A stretch of 64,000 bases of DNA from positions 3,624-67,623 of the forward strand of contig DDXO01000013.1 in NCBI GenBank assembly GCA_002347155.1, written 5' to 3'. Positions 1-9,060 of the stretch are shown here, piece by piece (positions within the stretch are counted from its first letter, which is position 1; the number at the start of each line of letters is the position of its first letter). Position numbers and translations under genes: made by a program. The notes under the pieces are model-generated. The model worked only from the letters and a program-made list of their open reading frames with translations, was not told where the DNA came from and did no database searches. The DNA is from a candidate division WOR-3 bacterium UBA2258. GTDB lineage: Bacteria > Hydrothermota > Tepidihabitantia > Tepidihabitantales > Tepidihabitantaceae.

Positions 1-26
1 GTCTGGAGGAACTCGACACGCCCGAC

Positions 27-1001
27 GTGGCCGCCACAGCGGCCGCAGGCGAGGCCGATGAAGCACTCAAGGCCGGCATACAGAGCTACTGGCTCAAACT
101 GAGACACAGGCGCAAACGAGTTGAACCCACCAAACACGACGCCGCACTTATCCACGTCGGCAGGCACATAAGGCAGACTGGCCGCGTCTGTTACATACTC
201 ACGCTCGATCACGCACTCTGCGAGTATGGGCGTGATTCCTCAGGGCCGCACGAGATGCCCCTGACTGTTTCGCTCGACGCGCTGTTGCAGATCCTCGCAG
301 TAGACTATTCTGGTATCGGGTCCAATCCCGCGGCCTTTGCACCTTTGATGGCGAGGATGCTCAGCATGCAATTCGAACCAGGGTCAGGATCATACACGCT
401 TGAAGACCTCGCTTGGTTGCTAGACATAGAGGAACGAGCTGCTGGTCTGGCGGACGAGCGAGTAGAAGAGCTCGCCACTACCATCTGCAAGGCTCGTTTG
501 TCCGGTAGACCAGCGGACGACCCGGAGGTCCGGCTAGCGATACAACGAGGGTTCCAGGCCGACAGACTAACGTTCACTCAGGAGCTTGCCAGCGCACAGT
601 CTATGGTCAAAAGCAGAGCCGACGAAGCCACAGAGTGGCGGGGTGGATACGCCGAACTCCGCATGAAGACCGTGGACGAACGAGCAGGCCATCTCCGCAC
701 TAAGGCTTGGATACGTGCAATACTGCGCGCCGTGCTATTGCTTGCAGCGGCCACGGTTCTCTCGCTGCTCTTGCTGCAGCTCGCCACGGCTGCGTTCGGC
801 AATGACGAAAGGAGCCCGGTGCTCTGGTGGAATCTTCTGACTGGCGCTGGCCCAATAATTGGCGGCATTCTGGGCATCATGCTAGGGGTAATACCGAAAC
901 TCAAGCGCGAGCTCGCCGACGCCAGGTCGCGAGCCACTGCCCAACTCGACAGCGAGATGCCTCGGCCCGGGACTGGCGAGGGACGCTCCCCAGATTCCTA
1001 A
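27..1001 (+). CDS. Hypothetical protein with two C-terminal transmembrane helices; the reading frame is open to the window start, so the gene is probably 5'-truncated
   Basis: Long ORF in frame 3, open from nucleotide 3. Two hydrophobic helices near the C-terminus (LRAVLLLAAATVLSLLLLQLATAAF and GPIIGGILGIMLGVIPKL). No recognisable catalytic motif. Confidence 0.4.
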   Translation: MAATAAAGEADEALKAGIQSYWLKLRHRRKRVEPTKHDAALIHVGRHIRQTGRVCYILTLDHALCEYGRDSSGPHEMPLTVSLDALLQILAVDYSGIGSNPAAFAPLMARMLSMQFEPGSGSYTLEDLAWLLDIEERAAGLADERVEELATTICKARLSGRPADDPEVRLAIQRGFQADRLTFTQELASAQSMVKSRADEATEWRGGYAELRMKTVDERAGHLRTKAWIRAILRAVLLLAAATVLSLLLLQLATAAFGNDERSPVLWWNLLTGAGPIIGGILGIMLGVIPKLKRELADARSRATAQLDSEMPRPGTGEGRSPDS

Positions 1002-1292
1002 TCCGAAGCGCGCCAAGGACGGAAACAGGAACAGGTACCCTATCTCGGGAAGCTTCGGGACACCGCGCTGCCGGAGGCAGCCGCGGACGTAGTCCGCGAG
1101 TTACCAGTTGTCAGTTTGCAGGTTGCAGTGGCTGACTGAAGGACCAAGGTCGAGGTTGAGGTTAGGGCCGAGGTGGAGAGGCGGAGCAGAACCGCGTAGC
1201 AGCCCAAGCGCAAGCTCAAGCCGACTGCTTCCGGTCATTCCCTTGTTCCCAAGTCTGGTTGTTCCTCTCCCCAATACCCGAGAGCCACACCC

Positions 1293-1378
1293 CGCGGTTC
1301 ACTTAAATGAACCGCGTCCTTCCGCGCCCAGACAACAGGCCCCGCCGATTTGACATCCCCGCCCGCGAGTCCTAGAAT
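1293..1378 (+). promoter_or_regulatory. Promoter module: palindrome CGCGGTTCA-N6-TGAACCGCG, then CCGATTTGACATCCCCGCCCGCGA with -35 TTGACA (1350-1355), a 17-bp spacer and -10 TAGAAT (1373-1378)
   Basis: Consensus sigma70-like hexamers at ideal spacing. The same extended 24-bp motif recurs at 1700, 33272, 33770 and 34460. Confidence 0.5.
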
Positions 1379-1387
1379 ATTGCTATA

Positions 1388-1642
1388 GTGAGGATGCTGA
1401 CCGCTGGAACGATCGTTAGAGCAGCAATAGTGCTGGTGGTTACCGGCGGACTAGCGGCACTCAAGGTGCGGACCCTGCGGCAGGCCATCACTGTCGTCGT
1501 GCTCGGTCTGTTCCTCAGCATCGCCCTGTTTGGCCGCAGGGGCCAACCGGAACCGGCGAAGTGGCTCCGGCTCAAGACACCCGAGGACTTCGCTTGGCTG
1601 CTTGTGGCGGTACTGACTCTGGTCGCCATCTTCCTCGACTAG
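1388..1642 (+). CDS. Small membrane protein (about 83 aa, 2-3 TM helices). GTG at 1388 or ATG at 1394 lies only 9-15 nt after the -10 element
   Basis: ORF directly downstream of the promoter module. Hydrophobic stretches IVRAAIVLVVTGGLAAL and VVVLGLFLSIALF. The motif gtgagg may act as a ribosome-binding site. Confidence 0.45.
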   Translation: MRMLTAGTIVRAAIVLVVTGGLAALKVRTLRQAITVVVLGLFLSIALFGRRGQPEPAKWLRLKTPEDFAWLLVAVLTLVAIFLD

Positions 1643-2004
1643 ATCGTCGAGGCTGGCCTGCACACCGTGGGGTATCGGACCGCGCCCCAGTTCCGCCAGC
1701 CGATTTGACATCCCCGCCCATCAGAGGCATTTCAGATTGCGGATTGAAGAAAGACCCTCTCGCTTCGGTGACGCTTCGCGACCCCCTCGGCCAAGCTCAG
1801 GGCGGGCTCCGGACCGAGCAGGGCGGCTCAGCGCCGGATTGCAGATTGGCGCGGGCGTAGCCCGCGAGCCTCATGCCACAAGCTCCAAGCCCACCGTCAG
1901 CCCAAGCGCAGACTCATGTAACCGGCGGGGAGCACGCGCATGACGGTGGGCTGCGGGCATCGCCGCGGGCAGCTTCGGTCGGATGCAGTTGTTGTTTGCT
2001 CTGT

Positions 2005-3297
2005 CTAGCGCTGGACCACGAACTTCTGGGTCATGCTGAGGCCGTCTGCATCGACTTTCAGCACGTACACGCCCGACTTGGATAGGGGCACGAAGTTCAG
2101 GCCCCTGGCTGCGGTCTGCCTCGCCACAACTCTGCCGAGAGCGTCGGACACAAGCACGTTCGCCCTGGTCTGGGCAGTGAAGGAAATGCCGCGCCCAGAC
2201 GGATTGGAGAGGACACGGATACCCGGCCTGGCAATCGCCGGGACACTCCTCTCGTTTACACCCGGAATCAAGGGAATGCCGCCGTCGTAGGTTCTCAGGA
2301 TCGTGCCATCCGACCCAACGGCGTAGCCCGTGTCGGGGCCGTTCGGAAAGCACAGGCCGTGCATCCTGGCGTTGAGTCCCGCGGGCACCGTCGTCGCCCA
2401 CACGTCGGTATCTGATACGGTTCGGCCGACGAAGCCCTCGGCTCCGCAGATGTACGCGACATCCGAGGTCGGCACGTCGACGCCGTAGAGAGCCGTGACG
2501 GTAGAACACCTCACGACCTGCCACACGGTGGCGCCGCCGTCGGCCGTAAACCGAACGACCCCACCGGTCGAGTCTATCCCGACCAGGTAGCCCCGGCTAG
2601 GGTCTTCGGGTGATAACGACACGGCCAGGATGTCGCCATTGGTCTGGGCACCTTGATAGTACTGGATGCTGTCGAATCCGTCCGTGGACCCGATGATGAA
2701 GTTCGAGTAGCCGAAGACTACGCCGATGGTGTCATTGGCGAACTCGGCCCCGAACGACGTATTCCCCGGGTTGCCGACCGGAATCGTTCTCCAGTTGCCA
2801 CCGCCGTCGGTGGTCTTCATCAATCTCGCGCCTCCGCCCTGCGGAGTCACCGCTATGTAGCCGGCCTCGCCGTTCTCCGGGAACTGGACAGTGTTCAACC
2901 GCTGCATTCCGGGAACGCCCTTCGAATTCCAGTTTGCCCCGCCATCCGTCGTCCTGAGCAGCGACCCGCCGCTGACGGCGTACCCGGTCGAGTCGTTCGT
3001 GAAGTAGACATCGTAGACCCCGTTCAACATACCGGTACTCTCCGGCAGCCAGGTATTGCCGCCGTCAGTTGTCTTGAGGATGGTGCCAAAGCCGGTCGTG
3101 TCAGTACCGACCGCATACCCGACCTGCGTGCCGGTCGGGAAGTGAACGGCCAGCAACTCGGCTCGCGTACCCGATATGAGTTGTTCCCAGGCCCCGAGGG
3201 CCAACGAAGTCAATAGCAGCAGCCCACTCATCACGGCGGAGCTGCTCCTGATGCCGGGTCTGACTGCTGCTCCTCCTCTACCCCGGCACAGGATCAC
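2005..3297 (-). CDS. Secreted BNR/Asp-box repeat beta-propeller protein (Ycf48-like) with a T9SS C-terminal sorting domain; paralog 1 of 4
   Basis: Repeated TTDGGxTW / TDGGxNW Asp-box motifs. C-terminus ...RGISFTAQTRANVLVSDALGRVVARQTAARGLNFVPLSKSGVYVLKVDADGLSMTQKFVVQR matches Por/T9SS CTD architecture. N-terminal hydrophobic signal peptide. Confidence 0.7.
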   Translation of the reverse strand: MILCRGRGGAAVRPGIRSSSAVMSGLLLLTSLALGAWEQLISGTRAELLAVHFPTGTQVGYAVGTDTTGFGTILKTTDGGNTWLPESTGMLNGVYDVYFTNDSTGYAVSGGSLLRTTDGGANWNSKGVPGMQRLNTVQFPENGEAGYIAVTPQGGGARLMKTTDGGGNWRTIPVGNPGNTSFGAEFANDTIGVVFGYSNFIIGSTDGFDSIQYYQGAQTNGDILAVSLSPEDPSRGYLVGIDSTGGVVRFTADGGATVWQVVRCSTVTALYGVDVPTSDVAYICGAEGFVGRTVSDTDVWATTVPAGLNARMHGLCFPNGPDTGYAVGSDGTILRTYDGGIPLIPGVNERSVPAIARPGIRVLSNPSGRGISFTAQTRANVLVSDALGRVVARQTAARGLNFVPLSKSGVYVLKVDADGLSMTQKFVVQR

Positions 3298-3327
3298 GCT
3301 CGATTCGCACCGTCCGCCTTCTCCCCT

Positions 3328-4560
3328 TCAGCGCTCGACCACGAGCTTCTGCGTGGTGGAGAAGCCGTCAGCCTTGACCTTCAGCACGTAGACGCCCGCT
3401 TTGGACAATGGCACGAAGTTCAGGCCCCTGGCTGCGGTCTGCCGAGCCACGACTCGGCCGAGGGCGTCGTACACGACGGCTTCCGCCTCGGCATCGGCGC
3501 TGAAGGCGATGCCGCGACGAGACGGGTTGTCGAGAACCCGGATTGAGACGTGCGCAGTCAGCGGGTCCTTCGGCTCGGCCACAGACATGGGGTTGCCGCC
3601 ATCATAGGTCCTCAGGATGACCCCGCCCGCGCCAACTGCAAACCCGGTGTCGGCCCCGGCGGGAAAGCAGACCCCGTGCAGGTCGGCGTGGCCGTCGTAC
3701 ATTGTCTGCTGAAAATGGATCGGGACACGCGACCTGGCGATGAAACCATCACTGCCGCATGCGTACGCGACGTTCGTTGTGGCCACGTCGATACCGTACA
3801 CGGCCCCCGGAACAGGCTCACAAGTCACGCTGTCCCACGGGTATTCGCCACCGGTTGCAGTGTATCGGACGACGCCGTGGATTGAGTCATTTCCGATGAG
3901 ATAGCCTGTGTTCGGGTCTGAACCTGAGAACGCTGCGGCAATAAGATCGGCATCCGTCTGAGCGTCACCATGCCAGGAACTGCCAGGACTGACCACAATG
4001 ACAAGCCCCCCGTGCCCGAGGACCACGCCCGTGCTGTCGGTCGCGAAGGCGCAGCTTGTCGAATGGTCGTGAATACCGCCTGCTTGTACAAGAACCCAAA
4101 CGGTCCCGCCATCAGTCGTCTTGAGCACCATCGCGGGGAACGTGTCGGAGTCGACGCCGATGAAACCGGTATAGCCGTTCGAGGGAAACGACACGTAGGT
4201 GAGCGTGTTGGAGACGCCGACCGTCACGGAAGTCCAGGTAGCGCCGCCATCTGTGGTTCTGATAGCAGACCCAGCCTCGCCGACCGCATACCCGGTGTCG
4301 TTGCTCTTGAAGTGGACTGAGTTGAGCGCTCCACTGACTCCGGCGGCTTGCTGCACCCAGGTGTCGCCGCCGTCAGTGGTCTTCAAGATGGCGCCGGAAT
4401 CGCCTACTGCGTAACCGACATGAGTACCTTCAGGAAAGTGAACCGCATACAGGTCAGCGGCTGTCCCCGAGTTCAACTCTGTCCAGCCCGCCGCAAGCAA
4501 CGAACCGAGCAGCGACAGGCTGCATGCCGCTACGGCGTTGCGCTTCAAACCGTACCTCAC
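3328..4560 (-). CDS. Secreted BNR/Asp-box repeat protein with T9SS CTD; paralog 2
   Basis: Same architecture and CTD (…VYVLKVKADGFSTTQKLVVER). Asp-box motifs LKTTDGGDTW and IRTTDGGATW. Confidence 0.7.
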   Translation of the reverse strand: MRYGLKRNAVAACSLSLLGSLLAAGWTELNSGTAADLYAVHFPEGTHVGYAVGDSGAILKTTDGGDTWVQQAAGVSGALNSVHFKSNDTGYAVGEAGSAIRTTDGGATWTSVTVGVSNTLTYVSFPSNGYTGFIGVDSDTFPAMVLKTTDGGTVWVLVQAGGIHDHSTSCAFATDSTGVVLGHGGLVIVVSPGSSWHGDAQTDADLIAAAFSGSDPNTGYLIGNDSIHGVVRYTATGGEYPWDSVTCEPVPGAVYGIDVATTNVAYACGSDGFIARSRVPIHFQQTMYDGHADLHGVCFPAGADTGFAVGAGGVILRTYDGGNPMSVAEPKDPLTAHVSIRVLDNPSRRGIAFSADAEAEAVVYDALGRVVARQTAARGLNFVPLSKAGVYVLKVKADGFSTTQKLVVER

Positions 4561-4617
4561 ACTTCCTCCTTCGTCACTGTCGTGAACTGCACTTCCGTGT
4601 CCATTGGCATCTCCGCT

Positions 4618-5895
4618 CTAGCGCTGGACCACGAACTTCTGCGTCGCCGTAGAGCCTGCCGATATCATCTTCATCACGTAGACGCCCGACTTGGATAGCG
4701 GCAGGAAGTTCAGGCCCCTGGCTGCGGTCTGCTTCACAACGACTCGGCCGAGGGCGTCGTACACAGCCACGCCCGCCTCCGCGTTAGAGTTGAAGGTGAT
4801 GCCAAACCGCAGAGGATTGGACAGGACACGAATCCCTGCACGGCCCATCGCTACGTCATCCGCCTCGGCAACCCAATGAACAAGACCACCTCTGTCATTG
4901 GTCCTCAGGATTGCCCCACCGGAGCCGACCGCGTAGCCTGTGTCGACGCCGTTTGGAAAGTGTATGCCGGACAAGGAAGCTCTCAGGCCGCCCGGCACCA
5001 ACGTCCTGTAGACGTAGGTCGGCGTCACCGTTATGCCGATCGTCGGCTTATCCGCGGAGTCCCCGACGAAGTACGCAATCTCGGTACCGGGCATGTCGAG
5101 TCCGCGATAGGCGAACACCGTCCAGCACCGGACCGAGTCCCACGGCGTCGCGCCGAAGTCATCGGTGTACCTGATGATCCCGCGTGCCGAGTCATATCCG
5201 ACCAGATAGCCCCTGTCCGGGTCATCGGGGGCGAACGCAACGGCAACCAGGTCTGCATTAGTCCGTGCGCCTTGAAACTCTGTGTTGTCGAACCCGTCTC
5301 TGGTCGCGAGCACGAGGCCGTCGTCGCCTACCGCCACACCCATGCTGTCGTTCGCCATGCTCCCGCCTCGAGTCACACTGGCCGGCCCACCGACGTCGAT
5401 GGCAGTCCAACTGCTTCCGCCGTCGATGGTCTTGAGCACCTTGCTCGGCGGGTTCCGTGGATGGGTGAAGATGTAGCCGACCTTGCCGTTCTCAGGGAAC
5501 TGGATGCAGGTCAAGGCTTCGCTGCTGGGGACCGTGACCGACTTCCAGGTTGCTCCACCATCGAACGTCTGGACCGCGGCCCCTGCGGACCCGACCGCGA
5601 AGCCGGTATCGTTGTCCTTGAAGTAGACGGAATTGAGCGGTCTCGCCATGCCCGAGGGCTGCCGCACCCAGGTGCTGCCGCCGTCCGTGGTTTTAATGAC
5701 CAGCCCGACTTCGCCACCCAGGCTGTCCATATCGGCGCCGACCACATACCCGACCTGTGTCCCCTCGGGGAAGTGAACCGAGTAGAGCGGCCCGGTCACA
5801 CCCGAATTGAGTTGGTACCAGGCCGCGAAGGCCGGAACGGCCATCAGCAGTATACCGGCCATTATTGCCAAACCGCATCTGCAATCAGACTTCAC
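4618..5895 (-). CDS. Secreted BNR/Asp-box repeat protein with T9SS CTD; paralog 3
   Basis: Asp-box motifs IKTTDGGSTW and TFDGGATW. CTD …VYVMKMISAGSTATQKFVVQR. Highly similar to paralog 4. Confidence 0.7.
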   Translation of the reverse strand: MKSDCRCGLAIMAGILLMAVPAFAAWYQLNSGVTGPLYSVHFPEGTQVGYVVGADMDSLGGEVGLVIKTTDGGSTWVRQPSGMARPLNSVYFKDNDTGFAVGSAGAAVQTFDGGATWKSVTVPSSEALTCIQFPENGKVGYIFTHPRNPPSKVLKTIDGGSSWTAIDVGGPASVTRGGSMANDSMGVAVGDDGLVLATRDGFDNTEFQGARTNADLVAVAFAPDDPDRGYLVGYDSARGIIRYTDDFGATPWDSVRCWTVFAYRGLDMPGTEIAYFVGDSADKPTIGITVTPTYVYRTLVPGGLRASLSGIHFPNGVDTGYAVGSGGAILRTNDRGGLVHWVAEADDVAMGRAGIRVLSNPLRFGITFNSNAEAGVAVYDALGRVVVKQTAARGLNFLPLSKSGVYVMKMISAGSTATQKFVVQR

Positions 5896-5951
5896 TCTTC
5901 CTCCTCTATGTCTGCTGCCAACAACGCTCTTGTGCTGTTGTCTTCTCCTCT

Positions 5952-7220
5952 CTAACGCTGAACGACGAGCTTCTTCGTGGTGGCATTGCCATCACCATTG
6001 ACCTTCAACACGTAGACGCCCGCCTTGGATAGCGGCAGGAAGTTCATGCCCTTCGTTGCCCTCTGTCTCGCCACAACTCGGCTGAGAGCGTCGAACACGA
6101 GGACGTTAACCTCGGCGTCGGAGTCGAAGGCGATGCCGCGGCGAGATGGGTTGGACACGACCCGGATTCTTGTGCGGCTGACCGCCGGTCCTCTTTCCTC
6201 GCCCACGGCGAACCATGGCCCGGGCCAGTCGGCACGCAGAATCAGTCCGCCCGCGCCGACCGCGTAGCCAGTATCCATGCCGTGCGGGAAGCACACGCTG
6301 TGGAGCGCAGCCACTCCCCGCGGTGCCGGTGTCAGGAAGAAATCGTCGTCGGCGACCGAAATGAGAGCGCGTCCCTGGCCGAAGCTGTCCCCGCAGACGT
6401 ACGCAATGTGGGCGGCGTCCGTCATGTCGAGCCCATGGAAGGCCGTCGTTCGCCAGCACCTGACGCTGTCCCAAGGGGTCGTGCCACCGTCATCCGTGAA
6501 CCGGATGATTCCCTGTGACGAGTCATTGCCAATCAGGTAGGCCCTGCCCGGGTCTGTTGGCGAGAAGGCCACGGCCACGAGGTCAGCATCGGTCTGGGCG
6601 TTCTGATAGTGGGTACTGGCTAGTCCGTCCGTAGTCCCAAGCACAAGGCCATCGTCACCGACAATGGCGCCGACGCTGTCGGTTGCGAAGCCGCCCCCGC
6701 GAGTCACATCCGACGGTCCGCCGACGCTGATGGCGGTCCAATTGTCGCCGCCGTCGATGGTCTTGAGCACCTTGCTCGGCGGATTCCGTGGATGTGCAAA
6801 GATGAAGCCGACCTTGCCGTTCTCAGGGAACTGGATGCCGGTCAGGTCTTCGTTGCTGGGCAGGGTGATCGACTTCCATGCTGCTCCGCCATCGAACGTC
6901 TGAATCGCGGCCCCCGCGGCCCCGACTGCGAAGCCGGTATCGTTACTCTTGAAGTAGACTGAATTGAGAGCTCCAGAGGTACCTGGGAATTGCGGCACCC
7001 ACGTGCTGCCGCCATCCGTGGTCTTGAGAACCAGCCCGACTTCACCACCCAGGCTGTCCATACCCGCACCGACCACATACCCTACCTGTATCCCCTCGGG
7101 GAAGTGAACCGAGTAGAGCGGCCCAGTCACCCCGGAATTGAGTTCGTACCACATCGCGAGGGCCGGCGAGCTGATTAGCAGGCAGCATATGACTGCTCCA
7201 GCGTACTTCGACACAAGCAC
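5952..7220 (-). CDS. Secreted BNR/Asp-box repeat protein with T9SS CTD; paralog 4
   Basis: Near-identical N-terminal half to paralog 3 (YELNSGVTGPLYSVHFPEG…LKTTDGGSTW). CTD …VYVLKVNGDGNATTKKLVVQR. Confidence 0.7.
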   Translation of the reverse strand: MLVSKYAGAVICCLLISSPALAMWYELNSGVTGPLYSVHFPEGIQVGYVVGAGMDSLGGEVGLVLKTTDGGSTWVPQFPGTSGALNSVYFKSNDTGFAVGAAGAAIQTFDGGAAWKSITLPSNEDLTGIQFPENGKVGFIFAHPRNPPSKVLKTIDGGDNWTAISVGGPSDVTRGGGFATDSVGAIVGDDGLVLGTTDGLASTHYQNAQTDADLVAVAFSPTDPGRAYLIGNDSSQGIIRFTDDGGTTPWDSVRCWRTTAFHGLDMTDAAHIAYVCGDSFGQGRALISVADDDFFLTPAPRGVAALHSVCFPHGMDTGYAVGAGGLILRADWPGPWFAVGEERGPAVSRTRIRVVSNPSRRGIAFDSDAEVNVLVFDALSRVVARQRATKGMNFLPLSKAGVYVLKVNGDGNATTKKLVVQR

Positions 7221-7487
7221 CTCCCTTTGGCTCGTCCACCCACATGGATCTCTGCGGAAGCCGCGTTCGGCCGTTCCGGCGGGCGGGCCGTTACATGTTA
7301 CCTAGCGACAATTCCCTGCTGTCCTGGCTCCATTATACTCCTTCCCCTCCATCACAGTCAAGTCCCGCAGCCGACACAGAAACAACCACAGAGAATACAG
7401 AGCGGGTGGAGACCCGGTTTTCGGGCTGACTCTCGTGACCTCGATACGCTCTGTGGTCATTATCGGATTCAGGAAGCGGGAGCCGGC

Positions 7488-7519
7488 TTGACATCGTAGA
7501 CCGGTCCGGCTACGATGTC
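7488..7519 (+). promoter_or_regulatory. Promoter of the TIR gene overlapped by a 30-bp palindrome (GACATCGTAG-ACCGGTCCGG-CTACGATGTC) that may be an operator
   Basis: -35 TTGACA (7488-7493), 17-bp spacer, -10 TACGAT (7511-7516). Perfect 10-bp inverted arms spanning both hexamers. Confidence 0.4.
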
Positions 7520-7650
7520 ACCGAATGGGGCGGCCCGAGCCGAAGCCAGTCGGTAGACGGCCATCAGCGGGACCGTGAGTTCCCGATTCGCCGGCCCGGG
7601 GCCCAAGCAGACCCCATGCGGCTGATTGGCGCCTTTGCAGGGAGGCCCTA

Positions 7651-8589
7651 GTGCTCGCCGACGTTCCGAATGTTATCCGGCCCAGAGGCATTCAGCCTCA
7701 CATCGTCATCGCTTATTCCTATGCCGACAATGAGTTTGCCCACCGGCTCGCCGGCGCGTTACGGCGCGAGGATATCAGCCCGTGGGTGGACGAGGTGGAT
7801 ATGTCGGTCGGCGTGATTCTGGTCAACCGGCTGACCAACTCGCTCCGCCCGGTGGATTTCGTCATCCCGCTCATCTCCACCGCCTCGCTGGCTGCGCGCT
7901 GGGTACAGCAGGACCTCAGGGTGGTCACGACGCGCGACTTCAAAGGCCGCCGCGTCCGGGTGCTGCCCGCCAGGGTTGATGGCTCGGCGCTGCCGGACTA
8001 TCTCCGGTCCCAGTCTTACATTGACTTTCACGCCAACGGCTGGAAAAGGGCCTTTGAAGACCTGAAGGTCATCGTGAGGCCCGGCGGCGTTCCCCAACCG
8101 ACGGTACGGCCTGAGCCCGAGTTCGAACTGCCCCGCCCGATTCGCCGGCCGCCGCCCGAGAAGAAGCCGGAGGGGAAGCTGGTCTTTGTCTCCTATGACT
8201 ATGAGAACGACGGCTACTACAAGGACGTTCTGCTGACCTGGACCACGAGCCCGGACTTTCCCCGGCTCAGCATGAACGACCAGCCTGTGAACTACCCGGT
8301 GGACAGCGACGACGCGGAACCGCTCAAGCACGTCGTTTACGGCAAGATAAAGGCGGCGACCGCGTTCCTCTGTGTGGTCGGCAAGAAGACGAGCATGAGC
8401 GACTGGGTGAACTGGGAAGTGAAGACCGCCATCGAACTCGACAAGCGGATGGTCGTCGCAAGGACAGACCGGGACTGCATGGTGCCGGACGCCCTGTCCG
8501 AAGTCGGTCCGACCTGCGCGTTGTCCTTTACCTTCGAGGGTATCAGGCGCGCCGTGGACGAGGCCTACGGTATCGTAGCTCAAGAATAG
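7651..8589 (+). CDS. Stand-alone double-TIR protein: N-terminal TIR (TIR_2-like) fused to a C-terminal ThsB-like TIR (DUF1863 / MTH538-like)
   Basis: GTG start preceded by GGAGG. N-terminal domain HIVIAYSYADNEFAHRLAGAL…ISTASLAARWVQQDL fits the TIR fold pattern. C-terminal domain KLVFVSYDYENDGYYKDVLL…FLCVVGKKTSMSDWVNWEVKTAIELDKRMVV fits the DUF1863 pattern (FhSY…, WVnWEi). Confidence 0.65.
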   Translation: MLADVPNVIRPRGIQPHIVIAYSYADNEFAHRLAGALRREDISPWVDEVDMSVGVILVNRLTNSLRPVDFVIPLISTASLAARWVQQDLRVVTTRDFKGRRVRVLPARVDGSALPDYLRSQSYIDFHANGWKRAFEDLKVIVRPGGVPQPTVRPEPEFELPRPIRRPPPEKKPEGKLVFVSYDYENDGYYKDVLLTWTTSPDFPRLSMNDQPVNYPVDSDDAEPLKHVVYGKIKAATAFLCVVGKKTSMSDWVNWEVKTAIELDKRMVVARTDRDCMVPDALSEVGPTCALSFTFEGIRRAVDEAYGIVAQE

Positions 8590-8675
8590 CCGTCGCGGGC
8601 CGTCCCTCGTCTCGGACCGTCCTCGGTCCTCGGTCTTCCGTCTTCAGTCCTCGGTCTTCGGTCCTTCCTGACGCA

Positions 8676-8707
8676 GCGGGCGGCGCCTCTCGGCGTCGCC
8701 CGCACCC
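8676..8707. terminator. GC-rich hairpin (GCGGGCGGCGCC-TCTC-GGCGTCGCCCGC) between the TIR gene and the ssrA 3' end; likely a bidirectional terminator
   Basis: Imperfect 12-bp inverted repeat immediately downstream of both convergent genes. Confidence 0.3.
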
Positions 8708-8711
8708 GCAA

Positions 8712-9060
8712 TGGAGGCGGCGGGAATTGAACCCGCGTCCGGAGAGTTCGGTTCCAGCGACCTACATGGTTAGTCAGTCGATATATCTTGGCGCACCGTT
8801 AGCCGACCGACAGGCGCGGTGAACCCAGCCCCAGAGATTCTCGGGTTACGGCCCTGAGACACGACCGCATCCCACATCACCCTTTTATACCCTGACTCCG
8901 CGCCGGGTGAGTTCGCGGGTCAAGGGGCTCCCTTAGTTAGGCAGCCAGTGCGTAGCTGTTATTGGCAGCTGTGTTTCCCCGGTCGGGATTTACGAGGTAA
9001 CCAGGGAACCTCGCCATGCACTCTGGCCCCTCAGGCACTCCGTCGAAGCCAATCGCCCCC
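8712..9060 (-). ncRNA. ssrA: tmRNA (ssrA), about 349 nt, encoding tag peptide (A)ANNSYALAA
   Basis: Minus strand reads 5' GGGGGCGAUUGGCUUCGACGG… and ends …CGCGGGUUCAAUUCCCGCCGCCUCCA, giving a 7-bp acceptor stem and T-arm. Internal ORF GCU GCC AAU AAC AGC UAC GCA CUG GCU GCC UAA encodes AANNSYALAA. Confidence 0.85.

Noticed and set aside
4876-5955. 359-aa plus-strand ORF
   Set aside because: Entirely antisense to BNR paralog 3. High-GC frame artefact with no domain signal.
7759-8583. 274-aa minus-strand ORF
   Set aside because: Antisense to the TIR gene. Arg/Gly/Pro-rich composition typical of a wrong frame in GC-rich DNA.
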